A stretch of 64,000 bases of DNA from positions 1-64,000 of the IMG/VR virus record IMGVR_UViG_3300011336_000243; one strand, 5' to 3'. A model generated the notes under the pieces. That model searched no databases. It was not told the DNA's origin and saw nothing but the letters and a program-made list of their open reading frames with translations. Positions 5,642-15,370 of the stretch are shown here, piece by piece. Position 1 is the first letter of the stretch. The number at the start of each line of letters is the position of its first letter. The translations under genes were made by a program, and so were the position numbers. Source of the DNA: a virus (lineage: Duplodnaviria > Caudoviricetes).

Positions 5642-7793
5642 AGTAATAACAAACCAAAGTGTACCGTTTGAGTACATGACTGAACCAGAGTTTAAAGCTT
5701 GGCTAGAAGAAGCTAAGAGAGAGTCCATAGACTTAGAAGTGGATATAGAAACTAACGTAGATAATCAATGGTGTAGAAGAAAGATAGCTACTATACAGTT
5801 TGGCTACTTTGACACACAAGTAGTAATCGACATGGCAGCTATGACTGATAGTTTATGGACTACGATTAAGTCTATACTAGAAGACAAGACAGTTAGGAAG
5901 CTTGCACACAATGCTAAGTTTGAGTACATTACGTTTAGATTTCACGATGTTATCATCAGAAACCTGTACTGTACAATGATAGCAGAGCAAGTTTGTAATG
6001 GCGGAGAAGCTAATGGCAACTATTCTTTACAAGACTTAACCTTAGCTAGACTAGGAATTACAGTTAGTAAAGAAATGCAAAAAGCATTCTTTCCTGGTTG
6101 TGTCTTAACTAAAGAGCATATTGAGTACGCAGCAGAAGATGTCACTAATCTTACACCTATTAAAGAGTCGCAAGACAAGATAATAGAACAGTGGAAACTA
6201 GAGTCTGTAGTAGATGTAGAAATGAGAAGTTTACTTGGTCTAGCAGACATGACTTTTTACGGTATGAAGTTAAACACAGATAAGTGGACTACTAATATTA
6301 ACTCAGCTCTTCCTATTATAGCAGAAGCTAAAGTACAGTTAGATGCGCAAGTCCACAAGGATATACTTCTACGTACACAAGCTATGCAGTTAGGCTATCT
6401 TAGTAAAGAAGATAAACTTCTATGGAATTGGAATAGTAGTACACAAGCAAAAGAGTTACTACAAAAACTAATGCCAGACTTAGCAGGTAGTACTAAGTTA
6501 ATACTAAAGAAGTATATGTCTGATAATCCTGCTAGTCCTTACTTGATACCGCTAATCCATTACGAGAAAGGTAATAAAGAACCAATCTCTAGTATCTTAG
6601 TTAAAGAACATAGAGACTGGCTAATAGAAAAAGGATACTTATTACCTGCAGGTCAATTAGACCTTAACTGGAATAGTACTACTCAAGTTTTACCTTTACT
6701 ACAAGCAGTGGCGCCAAGACTAAAGTCTTTAGCACAAGAGTCTGTAGCTAATCAGCATCATCCTATCTTTAAGTATCACAAAGAGTATGTAGACACATTG
6801 AAGTTAACTACTACGTATGGTCAGTCTTTCATAGACAAACACGTAGAAGATGATGGAATGGTAAGAAGTGAGTACAATCAAGTGGTAAGTACTGGCCGTA
6901 CAAGTAGTAGAAATCCTAATATGCAAAATATTCCTGCAAAGGAGTCTGTAGGTACTCTTTACAGAAATGCTTTTGAGTATCTTCCTGGATGGGAGTTTGT
7001 AGATTCAGACTACAGTCAACAAGAACTTTGCATCATAGCTCATATAGCTAAAGATGATGTGTGGTTTAAAGCTATTAAAGAGAACTTAGATTTACATTCT
7101 GTAGTTGCTGCTAAAGTGTTTAAGTCACAATGGGTAGCTGTTACGGAAGAAGGATGTGAGTTTGTAAAGAGTCAACAGAAGTGTAAGTGTAAAGGTCATA
7201 AGAAGTTTAGAACCTTTACTAAGACAGTTAACTTCGGACTTGCCTACGGAATGTCTAAATATAAACTATCAGCTACATTAGAAATATCTGTACAAGAAGC
7301 GCAGAAGATAATAGATGACTACTTTATAGCATTCCCTCAGATCAAAGTAGCTTTACAACGCTTTGGTGTATTCGGTGTTAGAAATGGTTACATTAGAACT
7401 ATGCAACCTTACAGTAGAGTAAGATGGTTTTCTGAACATCACTACTACGTAAAAGACATTGAAGACCATTTGTCTGAACGTAAGTATAGCAAAGTCTTAG
7501 GTGAGATAGAGAGAGCTTCTATGAATATGCCGATTCAAGGTACTGCAGGTAATATGTTAAAGTTAGCAGTGGCAAAAGTTTACGAGTATATTCAAGACAA
7601 CAACTTACAAGACAGTATAAGACTAGTAGCTAATGTCCATGACCAGTTAACCGTAGTATGTAATCCTACTTTAATAGACACAGAGTTTGTGATGAAAGAG
7701 TTAGACAGACTAATGGTTGAAGCTGGTCTTGAGATAGTATCTTCTGGATTAGTAAAGGCTGACACCCAACGATCAAGTAATTGGACAAAATAA
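5634..7793 (+). CDS. polA: Family A DNA polymerase with 3'-5' exonuclease domain (no 5'-3' exonuclease)
   Basis: Exo motifs DIET, HNAKFE, YAAED; TGRTSSRNPNMQNIP; motif A DSDYSQQEL; motif B KTVNFGLAYG; NMPIQGTA; motif C VHDQ. Confidence 0.95.
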   Translation: MIKVITNQSVPFEYMTEPEFKAWLEEAKRESIDLEVDIETNVDNQWCRRKIATIQFGYFDTQVVIDMAAMTDSLWTTIKSILEDKTVRKLAHNAKFEYITFRFHDVIIRNLYCTMIAEQVCNGGEANGNYSLQDLTLARLGITVSKEMQKAFFPGCVLTKEHIEYAAEDVTNLTPIKESQDKIIEQWKLESVVDVEMRSLLGLADMTFYGMKLNTDKWTTNINSALPIIAEAKVQLDAQVHKDILLRTQAMQLGYLSKEDKLLWNWNSSTQAKELLQKLMPDLAGSTKLILKKYMSDNPASPYLIPLIHYEKGNKEPISSILVKEHRDWLIEKGYLLPAGQLDLNWNSTTQVLPLLQAVAPRLKSLAQESVANQHHPIFKYHKEYVDTLKLTTTYGQSFIDKHVEDDGMVRSEYNQVVSTGRTSSRNPNMQNIPAKESVGTLYRNAFEYLPGWEFVDSDYSQQELCIIAHIAKDDVWFKAIKENLDLHSVVAAKVFKSQWVAVTEEGCEFVKSQQKCKCKGHKKFRTFTKTVNFGLAYGMSKYKLSATLEISVQEAQKIIDDYFIAFPQIKVALQRFGVFGVRNGYIRTMQPYSRVRWFSEHHYYVKDIEDHLSERKYSKVLGEIERASMNMPIQGTAGNMLKLAVAKVYEYIQDNNLQDSIRLVANVHDQLTVVCNPTLIDTEFVMKELDRLMVEAGLEIVSSGLVKADTQRSSNWTK

Positions 7794-7834
7794 CAACAGG
7801 CATTGAGGCGCCTAAATAAACCTCCTTTACAAGT

Positions 7835-8509
7835 ATGTACGATGATAAACAACCAAAGCAGAAACTATTCAAAGAAGAAGAGTTTTCTGCTGCTTCCTAC
7901 ACAGGAAAAGAAGATGCATTACACGAAGTAATGCAAGCATTATTTGTGGGCAGAGCACATGCCTCACAACTTTATGCTCTAGGTAACAGTAAAATGGTTA
8001 CCGATGAAGCTAAACTGATGCTTACTGCTTTATACAAGGGTATCTTAGAACAGGAAAAGGCAATACTTGCCATTATTCCTAAAGGGAAACTAGCACAGAT
8101 TACTAGAGTTTTAGAGTCTGATGAATACCTTAATGCTAGCAGTGTTATAAACTTAATGTGCAGTCATACAAGTAAAGTTGCTGATTTCTCAGAAGCTATA
8201 GTGGATACTTTTGAAACCCTATACAGAGGACAGCGATTTAAGCCTGTAGACGTAAACAAGTACAGAGTACTCTTTAAATTTCTACGCGAAGAGATACTAG
8301 CAGACACAACAGACGGAGGAATACCTTTAGTCAGCGTAGTAAACAACTCAATTAACTTCACACTTCAAACCCCTGAGAGAGGGACCACAACTAAAAATGA
8401 GAACAAAACAGCTATTCGGACCGCCCCAAGAGAGTATAGACCATCTACAAAACCTTACAGAAAGCCAACGTCCAGTAGCAGAGTCCCTACTGGAATACCT
8501 CACAGATAA
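7835..8509 (+). CDS. Hypothetical helical protein (224 aa), 3' end overlaps the helicase by 113 nt
   Basis: Long ORF; the last ~40 aa are low-complexity and lie in the overlap. Confidence 0.75.
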   Translation: MYDDKQPKQKLFKEEEFSAASYTGKEDALHEVMQALFVGRAHASQLYALGNSKMVTDEAKLMLTALYKGILEQEKAILAIIPKGKLAQITRVLESDEYLNASSVINLMCSHTSKVADFSEAIVDTFETLYRGQRFKPVDVNKYRVLFKFLREEILADTTDGGIPLVSVVNNSINFTLQTPERGTTTKNENKTAIRTAPREYRPSTKPYRKPTSSSRVPTGIPHR

Positions 8510-9758
8510 CTACGAAAATTATGATTACGTAGTACTATCAGGTTTTGCAGGAACAGGAAAGTCTTATACACTTAATTCAGTAATAGCTCAGTTAGATAGG
8601 AAGCTAGCATGTTCAGCTCCTACGCATAAAGCTGTAAAAGTTTTAGCTAGAAATGACAAGGATCAAGTAGCAGACTATGGAACTATTCATAGTTTCTTAG
8701 GTTTAAAGCAAGTAATCAACAACGTAACAGGCGAAGTGACTTATGCTCCAGAAGGTAACAAACCTCCTAAGCTAAACAACTACTCTTTGTTATTAGTAGA
8801 TGAAGCTTCTATGCTTGATACTAAGTTGTTTAAATTACTAATGGACTACAAACTTACGAGACCACGTTTACGCTTAATCTTTAGTGGAGACAGTTTACAA
8901 ATTCCACCAGTAGGAGAGCCACAGACTTTTGTATTTCTTCCTACTGATGCGTATAAAGTGTTGAATCTAGAACTTACTCAAATCATGAGACAAGCTAAAG
9001 ATAATCCTATCTTAAGACTTGCTACAGACATTAGAGAAAACATAGATTCCACTTCTGTATTCCCTTCAGAAGAAGACTTTCAGATTCTACGTGATGAAGC
9101 ATCACTTAAAGAAGTCTTTAAGACTTACTATTTAGATCCAGCTTATGAAAGAAATGCAGATTTCTGTAAAGTTTTAACGTGGACTAATGATTGTACAAGT
9201 AAGATGAACGGTATCATTAGAGACTTAGTTCTAAAGTTTCCTGTCTCACCTATTATGCCAGAAGAAAAGATGGTGTTTCGTAAGCCTTATGTAGTAGGAG
9301 AAGTTATCTTGTTTAAGAATTCAGACGAAGTTATTGTTGAAGACATTACAGTCTTTGATAGAACTATGGCTTACTACTTAAATGGAAAAGAGCATATCGC
9401 TATTATTAAGTGTTTTAACGCTACGATGATCAACGAGTGGGATGAGATAATTCATAATGTCTACATTCTTCATCCAGACGATAGTGCTAAGTACAATAGT
9501 ATTTTTACTAAGTTAAAAACTCAGGCTATTAAGTCTAGAAGTGGTAGAGACTGGAGAAATTACTACAACTGGGAAGGTTCTTTTGCGTGGGTGAAATACA
9601 ACTATGCGACTACTACACATTTAGCACAAGGTAGTAGTTATGAGCATGCTATTGTGATGCATTCAGACATCTGTAACAACAAGAATATTACAGAGAGAAA
9701 CAGAATACGTTACGTAGCTGTGACACGTGCTAAAAACAACTTAATTTTTAAAATATGA
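8397..9758 (+). CDS. SF1B helicase (RecD/Dda-like)
   Basis: LTESQ; GFAGTGKS; APTHKA; DEASM; GDSLQIPPV; THLAQGSSY; YVAVTRAK. Confidence 0.93.
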   Translation: MRTKQLFGPPQESIDHLQNLTESQRPVAESLLEYLTDNYENYDYVVLSGFAGTGKSYTLNSVIAQLDRKLACSAPTHKAVKVLARNDKDQVADYGTIHSFLGLKQVINNVTGEVTYAPEGNKPPKLNNYSLLLVDEASMLDTKLFKLLMDYKLTRPRLRLIFSGDSLQIPPVGEPQTFVFLPTDAYKVLNLELTQIMRQAKDNPILRLATDIRENIDSTSVFPSEEDFQILRDEASLKEVFKTYYLDPAYERNADFCKVLTWTNDCTSKMNGIIRDLVLKFPVSPIMPEEKMVFRKPYVVGEVILFKNSDEVIVEDITVFDRTMAYYLNGKEHIAIIKCFNATMINEWDEIIHNVYILHPDDSAKYNSIFTKLKTQAIKSRSGRDWRNYYNWEGSFAWVKYNYATTTHLAQGSSYEHAIVMHSDICNNKNITERNRIRYVAVTRAKNNLIFKI

Positions 9759-10054
9759 TAGAGTTAATGAACAAAGACACTGAGCTAATAGAGTTATTAG
9801 ACAGTATCGAAGAGACAAAGAAAGGTACTTTAGTTAGAGACCTACTGAATAAAGCTATTCAGAAAGCATTTACAGCTGGCTACTTACAAGCTAATGTAGT
9901 TACTGGAAACTGTGTAGATAAAGAAGTATACAAAAAAGAAGATGACCTTTATATACTTGATTTTACATGTAAACTAAATACATTAGACTTTTCTGACCAA
10001 GTAGGAGAGATTCGTACTTTACTAAACGTATATACTCAACACAATGGTTACTAG
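9755..10054 (+). CDS. Hypothetical protein (99 aa)
   Basis: ATGA-type overlap with the helicase stop. Confidence 0.7.
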   Translation: MIELMNKDTELIELLDSIEETKKGTLVRDLLNKAIQKAFTAGYLQANVVTGNCVDKEVYKKEDDLYILDFTCKLNTLDFSDQVGEIRTLLNVYTQHNGY

Positions 10055-11231
10055 AGAAGAAGCACTAGCTAATAAGATTAGAGTGCAAGCAGAAGGAGTA
10101 CAGAGTTGGGTAGACTATGGGTATCGTTCATGTTTAGAATGGGCAACAGGTGTCGGCAAGAGTAAAGCAGCTATAGACTGCATGAAACTTTATGAAACTA
10201 CAAACACTCTTCCTATTTTATTATTAACTCCTACTGAAAAGATGAGAGACGAAGACTGGCCTGAAGAGTTTAAGAAGTGGAATTACATCCCACGTAGTAT
10301 TAAGATAGTTTGCTACGCGGTAGCAGCTAAGGCAGACTTTAGTAAGTACGGCATGATAGTATTCGACGAGATGCATAAGCTTACAGCTCATAATCTTAAA
10401 AGACTTACTAATGACCCATTTCAAAAGTTATTAGGCCTAACTGCTACACGTTACAACAGAAACTATTCTGATGAAGATAGAGAAAGAGTTCTTCTTAGTG
10501 AAGAATTGCTTCCTACTAGTCATAGAGTAACTACTGATGAAGCTGTAGATTTAGGACTAATAGCAGACTTTGAAATCTACGTAGTAAAGTATTTCTTAGA
10601 AGGAGTAAAGAAGACTATCCTAGCAGGAAATGCTAAAGCTCCTTTCTATCAGACAGAAGTAGAGAAGTATAAGTTTCTTACAAAGAAGTTGCAGTTTGCT
10701 ATGATGAAAGCTAAAGATAAGAAGTTTGAGTTTATGAAGTTTAGTGCTATGTCAGCACGTACTCAATTCATCTACAACTTACCTTCTAAGTTAGTCATGG
10801 CTAAGCATTTCCTAGAAAGATTACAGAAAGAACCTGGTAAACGTACACTTATCTTTGCAGGTAGTGTAGAGCAGGCAAACCTTTTATGTGACCACGTGTA
10901 TCATTCTGATAGTACTAGTGAATCTTTGGACAAGTTTCAACGTGCAGAGATTGATACTATTGCTTCTGTACGCTGTCTAAACGAAGGTGCAAATCTACAT
11001 AAGCCTGACCAGAACTTAATAGTTCAAGTTGACAGTGTAGACCGTAATCTTGTACAACGTATAGGCCGATGTGTCAGAATTCGTTACGATCAGTTGGATT
11101 TTAAAGCAAGAATAGTTATCTTAGTAGCCCTAAATACTTGTGACGAAGAATGGTATAAAAAGGCTATAGCAGGTTTTGATTCTAAACGTATAACAGAACG
11201 TACTCTGGCTAAGATACCCTATGATGAATAA
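10044..11231 (+). CDS. SF2 (DEAD/DEAH-like) helicase
   Basis: ATGVGKS; FDEMH; GLTAT; LNEGAN; QRIGRCVR. Confidence 0.9.
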   Translation: MVTREEALANKIRVQAEGVQSWVDYGYRSCLEWATGVGKSKAAIDCMKLYETTNTLPILLLTPTEKMRDEDWPEEFKKWNYIPRSIKIVCYAVAAKADFSKYGMIVFDEMHKLTAHNLKRLTNDPFQKLLGLTATRYNRNYSDEDRERVLLSEELLPTSHRVTTDEAVDLGLIADFEIYVVKYFLEGVKKTILAGNAKAPFYQTEVEKYKFLTKKLQFAMMKAKDKKFEFMKFSAMSARTQFIYNLPSKLVMAKHFLERLQKEPGKRTLIFAGSVEQANLLCDHVYHSDSTSESLDKFQRAEIDTIASVRCLNEGANLHKPDQNLIVQVDSVDRNLVQRIGRCVRIRYDQLDFKARIVILVALNTCDEEWYKKAIAGFDSKRITERTLAKIPYDE

Positions 11232-11299
11232 CCCGATGAGAAACATTCCCACTACGTTAAAGTGGAAGACGTTTAAATTAGAAAAAAGGAGAAAACTAT

Positions 11300-11806
11300 A
11301 TGCAACTAGAAGAAGTGTTATTGTTTCTTGTGGAAAACAGCTATGTCAAAAACCACAAAGGAAAATTTCTATTCACTAATGAGTTTTACAAGAAGATTAC
11401 AAACGTAGATAAAGGACTGACTGTTACTGGAAAAGTGAAAGAGCCTGCATTAGCAGAAGTGAATAGTACAGAATCTGTTTACTTACGTTTTATTCAGCAT
11501 TGTAAAGTCCCAGAGAAAGGCTATACTAGTAGTGGTACTTATGCTATGAATAAGTTTAGTCAAGATGGGTTAAAGGCTTTTGAGAAAGCTTTGAAAGAAG
11601 GATACGAACCAGAACTCTTAACTTTAGCTGTAACTCTTTACTATAAAAGTAGTGTGACAATGAAGAAGGCAATAGGTAACTATATGACCTCTGGAGAATG
11701 GAAGACAGACTACGCTTTAGTAAAGAAACATAAAGAAGAGAACACATTAGATAAATTGTACAAACAACAAACAAATGGAGAATATACAAAGTTCAAGATG
11801 GCATAG
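11300..11806 (+). CDS. Hypothetical protein upstream of the replicative helicase
   Basis: 168-aa ORF overlapping the DnaB-like start. Confidence 0.75.
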   Translation: MQLEEVLLFLVENSYVKNHKGKFLFTNEFYKKITNVDKGLTVTGKVKEPALAEVNSTESVYLRFIQHCKVPEKGYTSSGTYAMNKFSQDGLKAFEKALKEGYEPELLTLAVTLYYKSSVTMKKAIGNYMTSGEWKTDYALVKKHKEENTLDKLYKQQTNGEYTKFKMA

Positions 11807-12992
11807 TAAGTCTAGCGATTTAAAGCAACACATAGAGGAAGGTAAACAAGGTAAAAAACTAGGCGCTAGTGTAGGTCTAAAAAGATTAGAAGCTTTAATA
11901 CATGGCTTCGCATCTTCTAGATACTATTTAATAGGTGCAGATAGTAACGTAGGTAAAACTACCTTGGCAGACTATATCCTTATTAATGTGATGCTAGATT
12001 ACATAGCTAAAGGTAAGAAGTTACATGTCTACTACTTTTCTTTTGAGATTCCTAAAGTAGATAAGCAGTTGAAGTGGTGTGCTTACTTTATCTTTAAAAA
12101 GTATGGCATCAACTTACCAATAGACTACTTGTCTGGTACTATTAAAGGTATGAAGATTACAGAAGAGCATGAACGTATGTTGATAGAAGCCTATGAGATA
12201 GTGGACAAACTTTTTGACCACATCATCTGGATAACTTCTAAATCTAACGAAGCAGACCTTTATGGAAACTTTGAATCTTTCTTTAGTAAACATGGTACTA
12301 TTAACTATTACGCACAGACAGAAGCAGAAAAAACTGCTAAGTCTAAACTAAGGTTTAAATCTTTTGAAAAGAATGACCCTGATATATTAGTAATAGGAGT
12401 AGTAGACCATATAGGTCTTGTAGGAGAAGGTAAGTCAGAAATAGATGCTTTTAGTAAGAACGTATGTATGGCTACTAGAAATCATTTTGGTATGTCCTGG
12501 TTGGTAGTACAACAGTTTAATCCTGACTTCTTAGCTAACTACGAAGAAGCAAAAATTAGAAATGGAAGTAAAGCTAAACTACCTACGCCTAGTCGTAGTG
12601 ACTATGGTGACAGTAGATTACCCTTTAGAGATGCAGACTATGTATTCTCTTTGATAAAACCTATGCAGTTTGACATAGAATCGTTTGCAGGTTACAATTG
12701 TAGAAGAGCAGATGAAGGTGGATTAGGAGACTTTTTACTATTACTATTTGTTACAAAGAATAGACATGGTAGAAAAGACTTAATCTTTCCTTTATTTATG
12801 AACTTTACAGTTGGTGCTGCTTATGATTTACCTAAAGCTACAGATGGTTTTATGGAAGATGAATCTACGTGGGTATTTAGAAGTCGTGCTTTACTACAAG
12901 AACAAGAGAAATTCACTATAAAAGAAGAAGAGGAAGAATGCAATTACCTAAACAACGAATGGGAGCTTCATCAACAATCCCTCGCAATATAA
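11775..12992 (+). CDS. dnaB: DnaB-like replicative helicase
   Basis: YYLIGADSNVGKTT Walker A; YYFSFE; VVDHIGLV; QQFN; DADYV; VTKNRHG arginine finger. Confidence 0.85.
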   Translation: MENIQSSRWHSKSSDLKQHIEEGKQGKKLGASVGLKRLEALIHGFASSRYYLIGADSNVGKTTLADYILINVMLDYIAKGKKLHVYYFSFEIPKVDKQLKWCAYFIFKKYGINLPIDYLSGTIKGMKITEEHERMLIEAYEIVDKLFDHIIWITSKSNEADLYGNFESFFSKHGTINYYAQTEAEKTAKSKLRFKSFEKNDPDILVIGVVDHIGLVGEGKSEIDAFSKNVCMATRNHFGMSWLVVQQFNPDFLANYEEAKIRNGSKAKLPTPSRSDYGDSRLPFRDADYVFSLIKPMQFDIESFAGYNCRRADEGGLGDFLLLLFVTKNRHGRKDLIFPLFMNFTVGAAYDLPKATDGFMEDESTWVFRSRALLQEQEKFTIKEEEEECNYLNNEWELHQQSLAI

Positions 12993-13711
12993 TCCTTTAC
13001 GGATTACCAAAGTGCGGAAAAACAGAAGCAGTATCACAGTTAGATAACTGTTTAATCTTAGACCTAGAGAAAGGTTCTGAGATGTATGATGTCATGCGCC
13101 TAGACATTGGTGCTATGACAGACATTAAGAGTACCTTAGTTGCTTTACACACTGAAAAGGAAGCTCGTAAAGCAGCAGGTAAGACAGGGGATGACGTATA
13201 CCCTTACAAGTATGGTGTTATAGACACTATAGACAAACTAGAAGAGTACGCTGTTATTTCAGCAACAGAGAAGTACAAGTTGTCAACTATAGGTTCTAAG
13301 TTTACAGGAGATTCTGTAATAGACTTACCTATGGGAGCTGGTTGGGGTTTAGTACGTGAAGAATTATTACTTCGTGTAGGACAACTATCAGAGTACTTTC
13401 GACATCTTATTATTATCTCTCACGTAAAGGATAAATACCTTGACGGCAAAGATAGTAAAGATGGTAACCAAGTTAGTATTCTAGACTTATCACTAAGTGG
13501 TAAACTAGGTGCTATTCTATCTGCTAAAGTAGATGCAATTGGTTATCTGTACAGAGGTTCTAAATCAAAAGATGAACCTTATGGACAGTTGATGGTATCA
13601 TTTGCTACCAATGACAAAAGCGTGATGGGCTCACGCTATAAACACCTAGCAGGCAAGACAGTTCCATTTAGTTGGGACACTATCTTTACTCCTACACCAC
13701 CACAAGTTTAA
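12938..13711 (+). CDS. AAA ATPase (AAA_24/Sak4-like)
   Basis: LYGLPKCGKT; LILDLEKGS; VIDTIDKL; IISHVKD; DAIGYLYR; typical of the crAss-like replication module. Confidence 0.85.
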   Translation: MQLPKQRMGASSTIPRNIILYGLPKCGKTEAVSQLDNCLILDLEKGSEMYDVMRLDIGAMTDIKSTLVALHTEKEARKAAGKTGDDVYPYKYGVIDTIDKLEEYAVISATEKYKLSTIGSKFTGDSVIDLPMGAGWGLVREELLLRVGQLSEYFRHLIIISHVKDKYLDGKDSKDGNQVSILDLSLSGKLGAILSAKVDAIGYLYRGSKSKDEPYGQLMVSFATNDKSVMGSRYKHLAGKTVPFSWDTIFTPTPPQV

Positions 13712-13730
13712 AACTTAAATATAAAACAAC

Positions 13731-14534
13731 ATGAGTACACCAAGTGCATTCCAGTTTTTCGAGAACTTAGTTTTCGCAGAACAACCAGAGTTAACTACTA
13801 AGAAAGTAGTTTTGAAAAAAGACCGCAACCCAGAAGAGACGTTCATGGGATTCCGTTTATGGAAAGACGGTACAGTTTATCCTTCTAAAGCATTAGTAGA
13901 TAAACTACAGTTAGAGTATCCTAACAGATTAGTACAGAACACACCAGTTATGAAAGATGGTGTAGAAGTTAAAGACGCAGCAGGTAACGTAGTTACTAAA
14001 CAGACTTTTAACTTTGCTGATGTACGCTATGGTTTAGACATCATAGACAGTGCTAACAGTGCAGGTTTAATTCCTGCAGGTGGTCCACGTTTTATCTTAG
14101 TAGCAGTGACTCCTAAGACAGAACCTAAAGTAGATTTATTTGCTTCTACTGTTTACAATGAAGATGGTACTCCTAAAAGTTCTGTAATGGAGCAAGGTGC
14201 CGCTACATACGGTAAAGAAACTTTACTTCCTTTAATGGCAGAAGTTGGTTTCTTACCTAATGAAGAAGGTTACATGGATTTCCAAATCGGAGTAGACATG
14301 AACTTAGCTACTAGATTAAAAGGCGGTGCTTTCCCAGTAATGAAGAAAGTAAAGCGTGGAGCTAAAGAAGGTTCTGCTTCTTATGAACTACGTGAAGGAG
14401 TTGATCTTTTCCCTGTTATCATTGTTAAAGCTAATGAAGTTTCTAATGTAGAAACTGCTATAACTGAAGAACATGAAGAAGTTTTTATTCCAGTAGAAGA
14501 AGTAACAAGTCAAGTATCAGGTGATACTGTTTAA
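13731..14534 (+). CDS. Hypothetical protein (267 aa, acidic C-tail)
   Basis: Long ORF followed by a terminator. Confidence 0.8.
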   Translation: MSTPSAFQFFENLVFAEQPELTTKKVVLKKDRNPEETFMGFRLWKDGTVYPSKALVDKLQLEYPNRLVQNTPVMKDGVEVKDAAGNVVTKQTFNFADVRYGLDIIDSANSAGLIPAGGPRFILVAVTPKTEPKVDLFASTVYNEDGTPKSSVMEQGAATYGKETLLPLMAEVGFLPNEEGYMDFQIGVDMNLATRLKGGAFPVMKKVKRGAKEGSASYELREGVDLFPVIIVKANEVSNVETAITEEHEEVFIPVEEVTSQVSGDTV

Positions 14535-14546
14535 AAGTTTAACTAA

Positions 14547-14576
14547 GAAAAGTGTGCAAATCTGTACACTTTTCTT
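14547..14576 (+). terminator. Intrinsic terminator
   Basis: AAAAGTGTGCA-AATC-TGTACACTTTT plus T-rich tail. Confidence 0.75.
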
Positions 14577-14602
14577 TACCTTAGACACCCAAAAATTTAA
14601 GT

Positions 14603-15367
14603 ATGAAAGTAGGAATAAACGAAGGTCTTAACTTAACCAAAATAAGTTACAATGCAAAGGAAGGTAGCAATGCTTCCATAGATTTTCACTTCTCTGATGG
14701 AAGTGCAACAGCAACAGTAGGCGTAGATGACGACCCATTTGCTGAGAATACCGAGAATGGTTTAGTTGACACAGGCAGTGGTGGAGGAAACTCTATCAAA
14801 GTGTGGGAACTAGAACCAATCAAAGCTGTAAATGAGATGTTAGGTAAAACATTGACAGCAGATGAGATTAACAAAGCATCAAGTGATCAGATTACAGAGT
14901 TACGTAACTTGATACACAGTTTTGCTCTATGTTACAGAAGTGGTAAAGATTTACCTACTAGTGGTGACGTATGGACTTCAATTGGTATCACTACTAAAGA
15001 AGACTATGCTGCAAACAAGAATTCAGCATCTACTTTAAAAGCTTTTTGTAAAGGTTTAGTAGACAAGTATTCTGAAGCTTTAGATGGTTACTTATCTCCT
15101 CAAGACAGAGTTGCTAAAGAATTACCTCCTGTTACTTTACGTGTATTATGTGTACGTCAAAGTAAAGCAAAACATTATCCAGCGTTTAGAAGAAAGTATC
15201 TTGCTACGCAACCTGTAGTAGAGTTAGGTAGTATTCCAATCGAAGCTACTAAGTTGACTTTTTCTACTTATGAGAAAGCTAATGGTTTAGATAGCGGAGA
15301 AGCTATCATAAACACTAGTGGTGATAAGAAGGAAGATATGAAGACAGGAGAGGACATGTTTAGGTAA
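14603..15367 (+). CDS. Hypothetical protein, possibly ssDNA-binding
   Basis: ORF is clear; the SSB idea rests only on position between the AAA ATPase and primase and the acidic/aromatic C-tail (GEDMFR). Confidence 0.6.
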   Translation: MKVGINEGLNLTKISYNAKEGSNASIDFHFSDGSATATVGVDDDPFAENTENGLVDTGSGGGNSIKVWELEPIKAVNEMLGKTLTADEINKASSDQITELRNLIHSFALCYRSGKDLPTSGDVWTSIGITTKEDYAANKNSASTLKAFCKGLVDKYSEALDGYLSPQDRVAKELPPVTLRVLCVRQSKAKHYPAFRRKYLATQPVVELGSIPIEATKLTFSTYEKANGLDSGEAIINTSGDKKEDMKTGEDMFR

Positions 15368-15370
15368 AGA

